The notes under the pieces are model-generated. The model saw only the letters and a program-made list of their open reading frames with translations, did not search any database and was not told where the DNA came from. Source: an uncultured Chloroflexia bacterium (GTDB taxonomy: Bacteria; Chloroflexota; Limnocylindria; Limnocylindrales; CSP1-4). From it: a stretch of 64,000 bases of DNA. The stretch is taken from NCBI GenBank assembly GCA_963712745.1, contig CAVQJC010000001.1:416001-480000 (forward strand). The letters run 5' to 3'. The position numbers and the translations under genes were made by a program. Of the stretch, positions 54,419 through 64,000 are shown piece by piece. Numbering within the stretch: the stretch's first letter is position 1; each line of letters begins with the position of its first letter.

Positions 54419-55240
54419 GTGATCATCGCTGTCGATATCGGCAATAGCGCCGCCAAGGCCGCCCTGGTGAGTGGTGCCAGCGTGCGCGATTCTGGGCGCC
54501 TCGACACCTCGGTCGGCTCCGGCACCGACCTCGCCGACGGCTTGCGCGTGCTAGCCGGAAGCATCGAGCCGGGACCCACGGCGATCGTGGCGGTGAGCGT
54601 GGTGGACCGCTGGACAGAACGGCTCGAACGTGCCGCGGACCAGTTGGGACTCTCGCTGACGGTGGTGGCGGCGAGCCACGTGCCCATCGGCACCGCGCTG
54701 TTGCGCCCTGACCAGACGGGACCTGATCGTCTCGTGGCCGCATGGGCAGCGGCGGTCATCCACGGCGTACCCGTGATCGTCGTGGACCTGGGCACGGCAA
54801 CCACCGTCGATGCCGTCGACGCCGACGGCTTCTTCCTCGGCGGGGCCATCCTGCCTGGCCTGGGCCTGGCGGCCGACGCCCTCGCTGATGGCACCGCGCG
54901 CCTTCCGCGCATCGAGCTCCGGCTGCCGGCCGACGCCATCGGTCGTGACACGACCACGGCGATCCAAAGCGGCGTCGTGCTTGGCCACCTCGGGGCTGTG
55001 CGCGAGCTGACCCAGCGCATGCAGGCACGCATGCGCACGGACCCCGGAGCCGCACCGGCGCGAGTCATCGTGACTGGCGGCCACGCCAGTGCTGACTGGG
55101 CCCGCCGCGCCTGGCTACAACCGGCGACCGCCGAGCTGCCGCCGATCGCACACGAGCTGGACCCGGACCTGGTCCTCAAGGGCCTCGGCCTGCTCGCCGA
55201 GCAGCTCGTGGGCCGGCCCACCACGCAGTCAACGGCGTGA
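54419..55240 (+). CDS. coaX: type III pantothenate kinase
   Basis: Motifs AVDIGNS, GPDR, VDLGTATTVD, GGAILPG and TGG. Confidence 0.93.
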   Translation: MIIAVDIGNSAAKAALVSGASVRDSGRLDTSVGSGTDLADGLRVLAGSIEPGPTAIVAVSVVDRWTERLERAADQLGLSLTVVAASHVPIGTALLRPDQTGPDRLVAAWAAAVIHGVPVIVVDLGTATTVDAVDADGFFLGGAILPGLGLAADALADGTARLPRIELRLPADAIGRDTTTAIQSGVVLGHLGAVRELTQRMQARMRTDPGAAPARVIVTGGHASADWARRAWLQPATAELPPIAHELDPDLVLKGLGLLAEQLVGRPTTQSTA

Positions 55241-56577
55241 ACCGCCCGCTCGAAGGACGCCTCGTCCTGCTTGGCGTGACCGGCTCGATCTCGGCCTACA
55301 AGGCTGCCGAATTGGTGCGCCAGCTCATCGCCGCAGGCGCTGACGTCCAGGTCATGATGAGCCGCACCGCGACCGCCTTCATCGGGCCGCTGACGCTGGA
55401 GACGCTCTCGGGTCACGCAGTCATGCTCGACCCACTGGAGTTGCTGCCGGACCGTCGTATCGGTCATATCGTGGCGGCAGACGCAGCCGACGCCATCCTG
55501 GTGGCACCCGCCACGGCTCGATGGCTGGGCGCCATGGCCAACGGCCTTGCCGACGACATCATCACCGCCACGTGCCTGGCCACGACCGCTCCAGTCATCT
55601 TCGCGCCAGCCATGGACGGTGAGATGTACGCCCATCCAGCCACCGTCGCTAACGTTCAACGCCTGGTCGACTTCGGCTACGCGCTGGTGGAACCCGGGGA
55701 GGGTCCGCTGGCATCGGGCCAGGTCGGTGTTGGCCGCCTCGCGGAACTACCGACGCTAGTTGACGCCGTCGTGACGGCCATGGCCGGGCGCCCCGTGCGG
55801 CAGCCAGATGCGGCCCTGCGTCCTCCAGCAGCGATCACGGCTCATCCGCCTGATCTGATCGGCTGGCACATCGTCGTCAGCGCCGGAGGCACGGCCGAGC
55901 CGATCGACCCGGTGCGCTTCATCGGCAATCGCTCGAGTGGCAAGATGGGCATGGCCATCGCCGCTGCCGCCCTGCAACGAGGTGCGCGTGTCACGCTCAT
56001 TCGTGGCACCACCAGCGTCGAGCCGCCGGAAGGCGCGCATGTCGTTCCCGCCACGACTGCGGCGTCGATGCGCGAGGCCGTTCTCGATGCGCTGCCAGGA
56101 GCGGACGCGCTGATCATGGCTGCCGCGGTGGCCGACTTCCGGCCGAAGCAGGCCGCCGACACGAAGCTCGCCCGCGCTGCCGGCCTGACGCTCGAACTGG
56201 AACCCACCAGCGACATCCTCGCAGAGGCCGCTGTGCATGCCCGTGACGAGAAGGCGAGCAGCGGACGACGGCCACTCATCGTGGGCTTCGCGGCTGAGAC
56301 CGGTTCTCTGGCGCGGGCCCCGGAGAAGGCGGCACGCAAGGGCGTCGACCTACTCGTGGCCAACGACGTGGCTGAGCCAGGTGCGGGCTTCGGGACCGAT
56401 ACGAACCACGTCACGCTGATCGTGCCCGGACAGCCACCCGAAGCGTGGGCGCCAGCTAGCAAGGCACAGATCGCGCACGACCTGCTGGATCGCCTGATCG
56501 CGATCCGGGCAGCGACCGCTTCCGATACGTTGCCACTGACGCACGAAGCCAGCGAACGTGCATCATTGGGCACATGA
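55237..56577 (+). CDS. coaBC: bifunctional phosphopantothenoylcysteine decarboxylase / synthetase
   Basis: Motifs GVTGSISAYK, APAM, EPIDPVRFIGNRSSGKMG, AAVADF and VGFAAET. Confidence 0.96.
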   Translation: MNRPLEGRLVLLGVTGSISAYKAAELVRQLIAAGADVQVMMSRTATAFIGPLTLETLSGHAVMLDPLELLPDRRIGHIVAADAADAILVAPATARWLGAMANGLADDIITATCLATTAPVIFAPAMDGEMYAHPATVANVQRLVDFGYALVEPGEGPLASGQVGVGRLAELPTLVDAVVTAMAGRPVRQPDAALRPPAAITAHPPDLIGWHIVVSAGGTAEPIDPVRFIGNRSSGKMGMAIAAAALQRGARVTLIRGTTSVEPPEGAHVVPATTAASMREAVLDALPGADALIMAAAVADFRPKQAADTKLARAAGLTLELEPTSDILAEAAVHARDEKASSGRRPLIVGFAAETGSLARAPEKAARKGVDLLVANDVAEPGAGFGTDTNHVTLIVPGQPPEAWAPASKAQIAHDLLDRLIAIRAATASDTLPLTHEASERASLGT

Positions 56578-57518
56578 GCGCCAGCAAACCCGTTCGCCGC
56601 ATCACCCTCTCCGATATCGCGCGGATGCATGCCGCGGGCGAACGCTTCGCCACCATCACCGCCTACGACTATCCCCACCGCTCGCATCGTCGATGAGGCG
56701 GGTATCCCACTCATCCTCGTGGGCGACTCGCTGGGCATGGTCATGCTCGGCTACGACTCGACCGTGCGGGTCAACATCGAAGAGATGCTGCATCACACCC
56801 GCGCCGTGGCACGCGGTGCCAAACACGCCCTGGTCGTGGGCGACATGCCGTTCCTCTCGTACGGCGTGTCGCTGGAAGACTCGGTCGAGCACGCTGGCCG
56901 TTTCCTGCACGAGGCCCACGCACAGGCGGTCAAGGTCGAGGGCGGCGTGCGCTCGGCCCGAACCATCGAGGCCATCGTGGCCAGCGGCATCCCGGTGATG
57001 GCGCATATCGGCCTGACGCCCCAGGCGGTCAACCAGTTGGGCGGGTTCCAAGGTGCAGGGCAAATCGAAGGAGTCGGCGCGCAGCCTCATCGCTGACGCC
57101 ATCGCGGTCCAGGAGGCTGGCGCCTTCGCGGTCGTGCTGGAGCTCGTACCGGCGGAGCTGGCGCGCGCCATCACCGAGCGGCTGTCCATCCCGACCATCG
57201 GTATCGGCGCCGGCCCGCATACCTCTGCCGAGATCCAGGTCATCACCGACATCATCGGGCTTGACACAGGATTTCACGCCACGCCACGCACGCCACTTCG
57301 GTGAGGTCGGCGTGGCCATCGCGGCCGCTGTGTCTGCATACCGCGATGCGGTCGTCGCCGGCGATTTCCCGGGGCCAGCCGAGTCCAGCTCGATGGACGC
57401 CGAACTGCTCGATGAAGTCCTCGGCAAGGGCAACCTCGACCGCATCGATGAGACCTCGCCATCCCGCTCGACCACGACCTCTAGCGACCCGGCTCGCAGC
57501 GCCGCACGCCGACCATGA
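56574..57518 (+). CDS. panB: 3-methyl-2-oxobutanoate hydroxymethyltransferase (frameshifted)
   Basis: Motifs [32 protein letters not shown] and TIGIGAG. Confidence 0.95.
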
Positions 57519-58392
57519 CCGCCCACGATCGCGCTTGATGCAGGTGCTGCGTACCCGCTCGGAGCTGCGTGCCGCCATGCCGAGGTCAGCCTCGGCCCGT
57601 GGGCCTGGTGCCGACCATGGGTGGGCTCCACGCCGGGCATCGAGCGCTGATGCGAGCGGGCGCGCGCAGACAACGAGACGATCGTGGTGACCATCTTCGT
57701 CAATCCCCGCCAGTTCGGTGAGGCTGCCGACTTCGATCCGCTATCCGCGCGACCGCGACCGCTGATCTCGCGATCTGCGAGGCCGAGCGCATCGACGTGG
57801 TCTGGACACCGAGGTGGACGAGGTCTATCCGCCAGGCTTCGACACGAGCGTGACGTCGGCGCCGTGTCGCGGCCGCTCGAGGGTGCCGCGCGGCCCGGTC
57901 ACTTCGAAGGCGTCGCGACCGTGGTGGCCATCCTGTTCTCGCTGGTCGGTGCCGAGCGTGCCTACTTCGGACGCAAGGATGCACAACAGGTCGTCGTGGT
58001 CACGCGCATGGCCGCCGACCTCGGCCTGCCCGACCCGTCGTGGTCCCCTGCCCGACCGTGCGCGCATCTGACGGCCTCGCGCTGTCATCCCGCAACGTCC
58101 GACCTCACCGCCAGCCGAGCGACGTGCCGCGCCGGTGCTGCATCGCGCGCTCGAGGCCGCGCGCGCGATGCCTGGCTGGCAGGCGAACGCAGTGGCGATC
58201 GTGCTGCGTGGCCTGATGGCCGAGATCCTGGCCATGCGAGCCGCTCGCCCAGGTCGAGTACGTGTCCTGCGCCGACCCGCGACGCTGCAGGAACTAGAGC
58301 AGCTCGATCGACGGCCCGGCGCTGTTGTCGCTGGCCGCCATCTTCGGGACGACACGACTCATCGACAATGAACTCTCGGCATGGAGGACTGA
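57515..58392 (+). CDS. panC: pantoate--beta-alanine ligase (frameshifted)
   Basis: Motifs VPTMG.LHAGH, IFVNPRQF, RPGHFEGVATVV, FGRKDAQQ, LSSRN and RLIDN. Confidence 0.93.
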
Positions 58393-58395
58393 CAC

Positions 58396-59358
58396 TTGCG
58401 TATCGCAGCCGCACAGATCCATCAGGTGTGGGGCCGACCAGACGCCGGCGCAGAGCGCGTGGCCGACTGGATCGGCACGGCTGGCGCGGAGGGCATCGAC
58501 CTGCTCGCGTTCGGCGAGACCCACCTGGGCGGCTACCCGTTCTGGATGTCGATGACCGACGGCGCGCGCTTCGATGACGCCGGCCAGAAGCACGCCTACG
58601 CGGCGTATCTGGACGCGGCCGTCGAGCTCGACAGCCAGCCCATGCGGCTGATCGCCGGGCGGTCGCGGACCAGCGCGTATTCACCTACTCGGCATCGCCG
58701 AGCGCGGTGCCGACACGGCTCGAGGCAGCGTCTTCGCGACACTCGTCGCGATCGACCCGGACCGCGGCATCGTGAGCGCCCACCGAAAGGTCATGCCGAC
58801 CTACGAGGAGCGCCTCGCCTGGGCGGCCGGCGACGGCAACGGCCTGCGCGTCCACACCGTGACCGGGCGTGACGGTGACACGCTGCGAGTGGGTGGGCTC
58901 AATTGCTGGGAGAACTGGCTACCGCAGGCCCGCCTGGCGATGTACGCCGGCGGCGAAGACATCCACGTGAGTGCCTGGCCCGGCGAGCAGCCAGCTGACG
59001 CAGGACATCACTCGCTTCATCGCGCGCGAGGGTCGCGTCTATTCACTGGCGGCGGGCAGCCTGCTGTCTCGCGCGCCGATGTGCCCGACACGTTCCCGCT
59101 CGCTGACCAGCTCGAGGACGGCGACTGGGCCGATGGCGGCTCGGCCATCGCTGGTCCGGATGGCAGCTGGATCGAAGCGCCGCATGCCGGCGACGAGGGC
59201 CTCGTCATGGCCGATGTCGATGCCGCCCGGGTGCGCGAGGAACGCCAGAACTTCGATCCCACGGGGCACTACGGCCGGCCCGACATCTTCGACCTGCGCG
59301 TCGATCGGACCGGCGCAAAGCGGTGGCCGTCTTCAGCGATGATCCTCGGGTCCCTTGA
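58396..59358 (+). CDS. carbon-nitrogen hydrolase, nitrilase branch (frameshifted)
   Basis: Catalytic E-K-C triad in [21 protein letters not shown] and LNCWEN; C-terminal [11 protein letters not shown]. Confidence 0.9.
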
Positions 59359-59459
59359 GCGCATCGCTCATCGAGCTGGCACCGCGGGCAAGCCGCTGCA
59401 GCCCACCGCGCACGAGCTGAGCGGAACGCGACTGACCGACCGACGTGCGCTCGAGCACG

Positions 59460-60665
59460 TCACTGGCTCCGACCAGACGCACCTGACACGCCTGCCGGTG
59501 ACCCGCAGGCGCAGCAGCAGCGATTCGACGTCGAAGTGCTCGGCCACGAGCCGCTTGATCTCATCGATCTTGGCGCCGTCGGCTGGATGGGTCTTGACCA
59601 GCAGGTCATGGACCTCACTCGCGACCGGTAGGTCTCGTCCTCGACCAGATAGGCGAACAGGCCGGCCTCACGGATGGCCACGAGATCCCGCTCACGCGGC
59701 CGGTAGCCGCCCGAGAAGACCATGCCCGACGAGCGAGGTCGCGGCCGGGTCGTCGGCGATACGACCGAAGCGCGAGCGGTGGCGCAGGCGGTCGAGCAAT
59801 CGCGGTTCACGGTCGAGCGCCTGCTGCGTGCGGTTCGCCGCGATGGTGGCGTGGATGACGTCCTCACGGTCGCCTGGCACGATGAGCAGGCTGCCAGGTC
59901 CGATCCGCTCGAGCACGTGGCGCGGTTGCATCGCGCCGATGGCCACGTGTTCGATGGCGCGGTCCAGGTCATCGCCCTCGTGCAGGACCTCGCCGGGCAA
60001 CTGTTCGATGAGCATCGCGAGGTCGGATTCGACAGGATCGGACGATACGGCAGCACGCCCAGCAGCTCGATGTCGTGCAGGGCCAGGCCACGTCGCAGGA
60101 TGTCGGGCAGGGAGGGATGCGCGTCGGCGTCGACCTTGTTGATGACCGCGCCGACGACCGGGACACACCGCGACGTGCGAAGAGGGCCCGATTGAGCACG
60201 ATCTCATCGATCGGGCGGCCCACGCCGGCCTCGCTGACGATCACGGCCGAGGCGCCCAGCCGGGCCGCGACATCCGCGTTGGAGAGGCCGATGACCGAGC
60301 CCACGCCCGCATGTCCGGTGCCCTCGATGAGCAGCGCCTGCGCGGTCGCTGGACGACCGTCGGTGCGCCTCGCTGATGCGGAGGCCCGAGGTCCTCGACG
60401 ACCTCGCCCGATGAACGACTTGGTGAAGCCGCGCGGGATGTGGACCGGGCTCATCACCTCGAGCGGGTCGCCCGATGCCGAAGACCGAGCGCATCAGGAT
60501 GGCGTCTTCGTCGGCCGGCGTGCCGTCCACGATGGCGTAGCGTTGGCCGACCGGCTTCATGAACCCGGTCGAGAGCCCTCGATCGAGCATCGCCGCGAGC
60601 AATCCGAGGGCGAAGGTCGTCTTGCCACGGTTCATGCCGGTGGCTGCCAGATAGACCTGTCGCAT
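59460..60665 (-). CDS. BioD-like / DRTGG protein (stand-alone N-terminal part of phosphotransacetylase) (frameshifted)
   Basis: Motifs [35 protein letters not shown] and PGDREDV. Confidence 0.85.
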
Positions 60666-60708
60666 GCGCCACAGGGTACGGCGCCGGCATGCCGGCTAGC
60701 ATCGAGCC

Positions 60709-61318
60709 GTGCATGCCGTCGTCTTCGACCTGGGTGGCGTCCTGGTCGACTGGAACCCACGCTACCTGCTGCGTGAGGTCATGCCCGGGCGCGAGGCCGA
60801 GATGGAGACGATCCTCGCCGACGTCATCAACCACGAGTGGAACCTCGCGCGCGATGCCGGCGATTCGTGGCCCGACGCGATCGCGGCACTGACCAGGCCG
60901 AGTACCCGCAGTGGGCCGACATCTTCCGGGCGTACGACGATCGCTGGGGCGAGACGCTGGGTGGTTCACACGAGGCGACCGTGGCCGTGCTCAAGGAGCT
61001 CAAGGCGGCTGGCACGCCGCTCTACGCGCTCAGCAACTGGTCGGCCGAGAAGTTCCCGGAGGCGGAAGCTCGCTTCGACTGGCTGGACGATTTCGACGAC
61101 ATCATCGTTTCCGGCCGCGTCGGGATGGTCAAGCCGGATGCCGAAGATCTTCGAGCACATGCTCGAGCGGTTCGACCTGAAGGCATCGGATGTGTTCTTC
61201 ATCGATGACAACGAACCGAACGTCGCGAAGCGCTCGCGCGATGGGCATCCACGCGCACCACTTTCGGGAGGCTGCCGAACTTCGCGCGGACCTCATATCC
61301 GAAGGATTGTTGGCATGA
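60709..61318 (+). CDS. HAD family phosphatase (frameshifted)
   Basis: Motifs VFDLGGVL, LSNWS, KPD..IF and FIDD. Confidence 0.9.
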
Positions 61319-61469
61319 GTCAAAATCCTCAACGTTCGGCAGTGCACCGCCGTGGCCCATACGAGCCGGGCTCCCGGTACCGACAGCCCACCGCTCTCGC
61401 TGCTGTGCCTTCGTATCCTTTGGGCTTCAGCCCAGTGTCCCAGACGGCACACACAGGAAGGAAACGCGT

Positions 61470-62201
61470 ATGTACAGGTTCAGGACCCTGGCGCTCGCGG
61501 CCGCGACCGTCGCATTCGTCGTGAGTGCCTTCGGGGCACCAGCCACGGCGGCCTTCGGCAAGGGCAGTATCGCGGTCGTCAACGGCCGACCCGGACCGAA
61601 GCTCGACTTCTGTATCGGCAACTTCAAGATCAGGCGCAACCTGTCCTACGGCGGCAAGACCTTCCGACAGCTCCCCATGGGCGACAAGGTGCTACGCGCG
61701 TACGTGGCCAACGGCACGTCGAGGTGTCGCGGCATCAAGGTGGCACAGTATCCGTTCACGCTGGTCGATGGTGGTGACCTGACCTTCGTGGTCACGCGCA
61801 AATCGCCGAACAGGGTCGTGGTGTATGACAACACCGGGCTCGGCTCGGTGCAGCCGATCGGACCGGTGGTGCCAGTCATCGTCGTCCTGACGCGCACGGC
61901 CGCCGACCTGGTCGCAGTCAATGTCTAGTTCGTTTGTGGCAGCCAATTCCCGATACTCCCATCGGCCCGTCGCTCCTTCCGGTCTGGATCAAGGGCGATC
62001 AGTTTCTCTACACCAGCGGCACTCCGGGTATGAATGGCAGGTCCGCGCCACGTTCCCCGAGAAGACCAGGTCGATCGCGGTGGCCAGTCGGCAGGAGCTG
62101 AAGGTCGGTCGTCGCTACGAGTGGATCCTCGTGGGCACCAATGGCAGGAACGCCAGGTGGGTCAAGTTCAGCCGACCCGTCTTCGAGTCGGGCCCCAGTG
62201 A
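61470..62201 (+). CDS. exported DUF4397-like protein, copy 1 (frameshifted; end approximate)
   Basis: RBS and signal peptide; IAVVNGRPGPKLDFCI pattern, two Cys, and C-terminal GRRYEWILVG. Confidence 0.65.
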
Positions 62202-62245
62202 GTCGCTCCGAGTCGATCCCAGCGCACACCGAGGGAGAGAGACAG

Positions 62246-63149
62246 ATGCACAGGTTCAGGACCCTGGCGCTCGCGGTCGCGACCGTCGCGCTCGTGGTGA
62301 GTGCCTTCGGGGCACCAGCCACGGCAGCCTTGGGCAAGGGCAGTATCGCGGTCGTCAACGGCCGACCCGGTCCCAAGCTCGACTTCTGTATCGGCAACTT
62401 CAAGATCAGGCGCAACGTCGTACGGCCGGGCGGCCTTCCGACAGCTCAACATGGGCGACAAGGTGCTACGGGCGTATGTGGCCAACGGCACGTCGAGGTG
62501 TCGCGGCACCAAGGTGGCGCAGTATGCCTTCACCCTGGCTGATGGCGGTGACCTCACCTTCGTGGTGACACGGCTCAACCCGAACAGGGTCGTGGTGTAT
62601 GACAACACCGGGCTCGGCTCGCTGCAGCCGACCGGACCCGGTGTGGAACCTCTTCGTGATGGTGACGCGCACGGCCTCGGACCTGGCCGCGGTGAACGTC
62701 TACCAGCGCTACTGGCAACCGAGTCCCGACACGATCATCGACGCCGTCACCTGGCTCCCTGGTCACGCGCAAATCGCCGAACAAGGTCGTGGTCTATGAC
62801 AACGCCGGCTTCGGGTCCGTCCAGCCGATCGGACCTCGGTATCCCAACGTGGCCATCCCCGTACTCCGGACCGCTGCCGATCTCGCTGCAGTCAACGTGT
62901 ACTACCGTATCTGGCAACCCATCCCCGACACGCCATTGGGCCGAGCGTGAACCCGATGGGTGAAGGGGGACTCGATAGCCAGCTCCTGTCGCGGGCATCG
63001 AATGGCAGCTCCGCGCCACGTTCCCCGAGAAGACCAGGTCGATCGCGGTGGCCAAGCGCCAGGAGTTGAAGATCGGGCGCCGAGTGGATCCTCGTGGGGC
63101 AACGGCAGGAACGCCGGTGGGTAAGTTCAGCGAGCGACCGGACGTCTGA
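62246..63149 (+). CDS. exported DUF4397-like protein, copy 2, with a duplicated central segment (possibly copies 2 and 3 fused)
   Basis: Near-identical 5' half to copy 1. The segment VT(R/K)..PN(R/K)VVVYDN...VNV occurs at ~62563 and again at ~62761. Confidence 0.6.
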
Positions 63150-63171
63150 CGAGCTGGGTCACGTAGGGAGG

Positions 63172-63850
63172 TCAGCGTACAAGGCGGAGCCTCGGTTCGC
63201 CGGTTGCGAACCGGGCCGTCCTCGCAGTCAGGCGCGCTCGCGACATCGCCAGCTTGCGCTCGATGCGGTCGAGGCCCGTCCTTGAGCCGGGCGAGTGTCT
63301 CGGGGTCGATGGTGTCCTCGTCGGTGTGCGGCCCGAGGCGATCGAGGATGTCCGCCATCAGGCCATAGAAGACGTGGGCATCGGCGATGAAGAACTGCGG
63401 TTCGTTGTTGTAGCGCACGAGCGTCAGCCGTCCCTGTAGCACGCTGGCGCTCATCGACGTTGGCGATCTGCGTCGAGAAGTCGTGGCCCTGGATGCCGTC
63501 GGGGTTGTTGAGGAAGTTGAGCGCGTTGTCGATGGCCAGATCCGAAGCGCGCCCGCCACGCACGCAGGCGCTCGAGGGTCTCCGGCGCCACCCGTACCTC
63601 GGCGACCTGGTCGAAGACCTCGGGCGAGACCGTCAGCAGCCCCACCAGCGTGGTGCCGGCGCGGGCACCCAGCATCACCTGCAGCGAGCGCTCGAGCGTG
63701 AAGACCTCGGAGTCGAAGCGCGGGCTGGTGATGACGTCGGTCGAGCAGGTCCTCGACGTTGTCGAGCGCGCTCGTCTCGCCCAGCGCCTCGGAGAGCTGC
63801 TGGACCTCTTCCTTGAACAGGAATTGCTCTTCGTGGTCGAGTCGGTCCAT
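63172..63850 (-). CDS. hypothetical acidic helical protein (frameshifted)
   Basis: MDRLDHEEQFLFKEEVQQ...LTLVRYNNEPQFFIADAHVFYGLMADILDRL across frames. Ends are approximate. Confidence 0.5.
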
Positions 63851-64000
63851 GGTCGCCTTCGAGCTGACTAGGGATAGAGACCGCGCAGCGCGGTCGCCGA
63901 GGCGACGCGATCGACGGCCAGCAGGTACGAGGCCAGCGCATGTCGATGTTCTCACGCTGCTGCCATGCGCAGGACTTCGCCGAACGGCGCGGACCATGAT

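Noticed and set aside
54409-55659. Long antisense or alternate-frame ORFs (e.g. 977-2284, 47538-49118, 54409-55659)
   Set aside because: These are shadows of real genes in high-GC DNA, with no recognisable motifs.
61926-61928. In-frame TAG in DUF4397-like copy 1 as pyrrolysine or readthrough
   Set aside because: Paralogs read NVY.R.W here, and restoring one missing C gives NVYVRLW, so this is a single-base deletion.
61790-63130. Diversity-generating retroelement TR/VR pair
   Set aside because: Differences between copies are not adenine-specific and many are synonymous. No reverse transcriptase is present in the window.

Overview
High-GC bacterial chromosomal window. The gene content and style suggest Chloroflexota, possibly Limnocylindria; this is an inference. 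Much of the sequence (about 13.6-43 kb, 49.4-52.5 kb and 56.5-64 kb) carries many single-base indels that break even essential genes (serS, lysS, ndk). These are most likely long-read consensus errors, so many CDS ends are approximate. Left to right: (1) the 3' end of iolB, a LacD-type aldolase and a Gfo/Idh/MocA oxidoreductase; (2) an ECF sigma/anti-sigma pair with a candidate autoregulated promoter, then tRNA-Ser(TGA); (3) a three-gene exported cluster: a lectin-like protein, a ~1,840-aa protein with PPC-like repeats, discoidin-like and two VWA domains, and a transglutaminase-like protein lacking the catalytic Cys; (4) a serine hydrolase and greA-lysS(class I)-serS; (5) a ~28 kb catabolic region with a MetE-like enzyme, VOC protein, SDRs, fumarase-superfamily lyase, mutarotase, lactonase, class III aminotransferase, PTE-family hydrolase, two sugar ABC systems, LacI, aldo-keto reductase and hydantoinase A/B. 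It contains a repeated palindromic operator and a 434-bp inverted-repeat-bounded element carrying a small membrane gene; (6) uppP, hppA, a 40-bp tandem repeat, ndk, a polyproline-repeat protein and an M16 peptidase; (7) coaX-coaBC-panB-panC followed by a nitrilase; (8) a Pta-N-like protein, a HAD hydrolase and tandem DUF4397-like exported paralogs. No CRISPR array, integrase, transposase or reverse transcriptase was recognised. The best novelty candidates are the exported lectin/VWA/pseudo-transglutaminase cluster, the LacI-controlled catabolic region and the non-autonomous mobile cassette.
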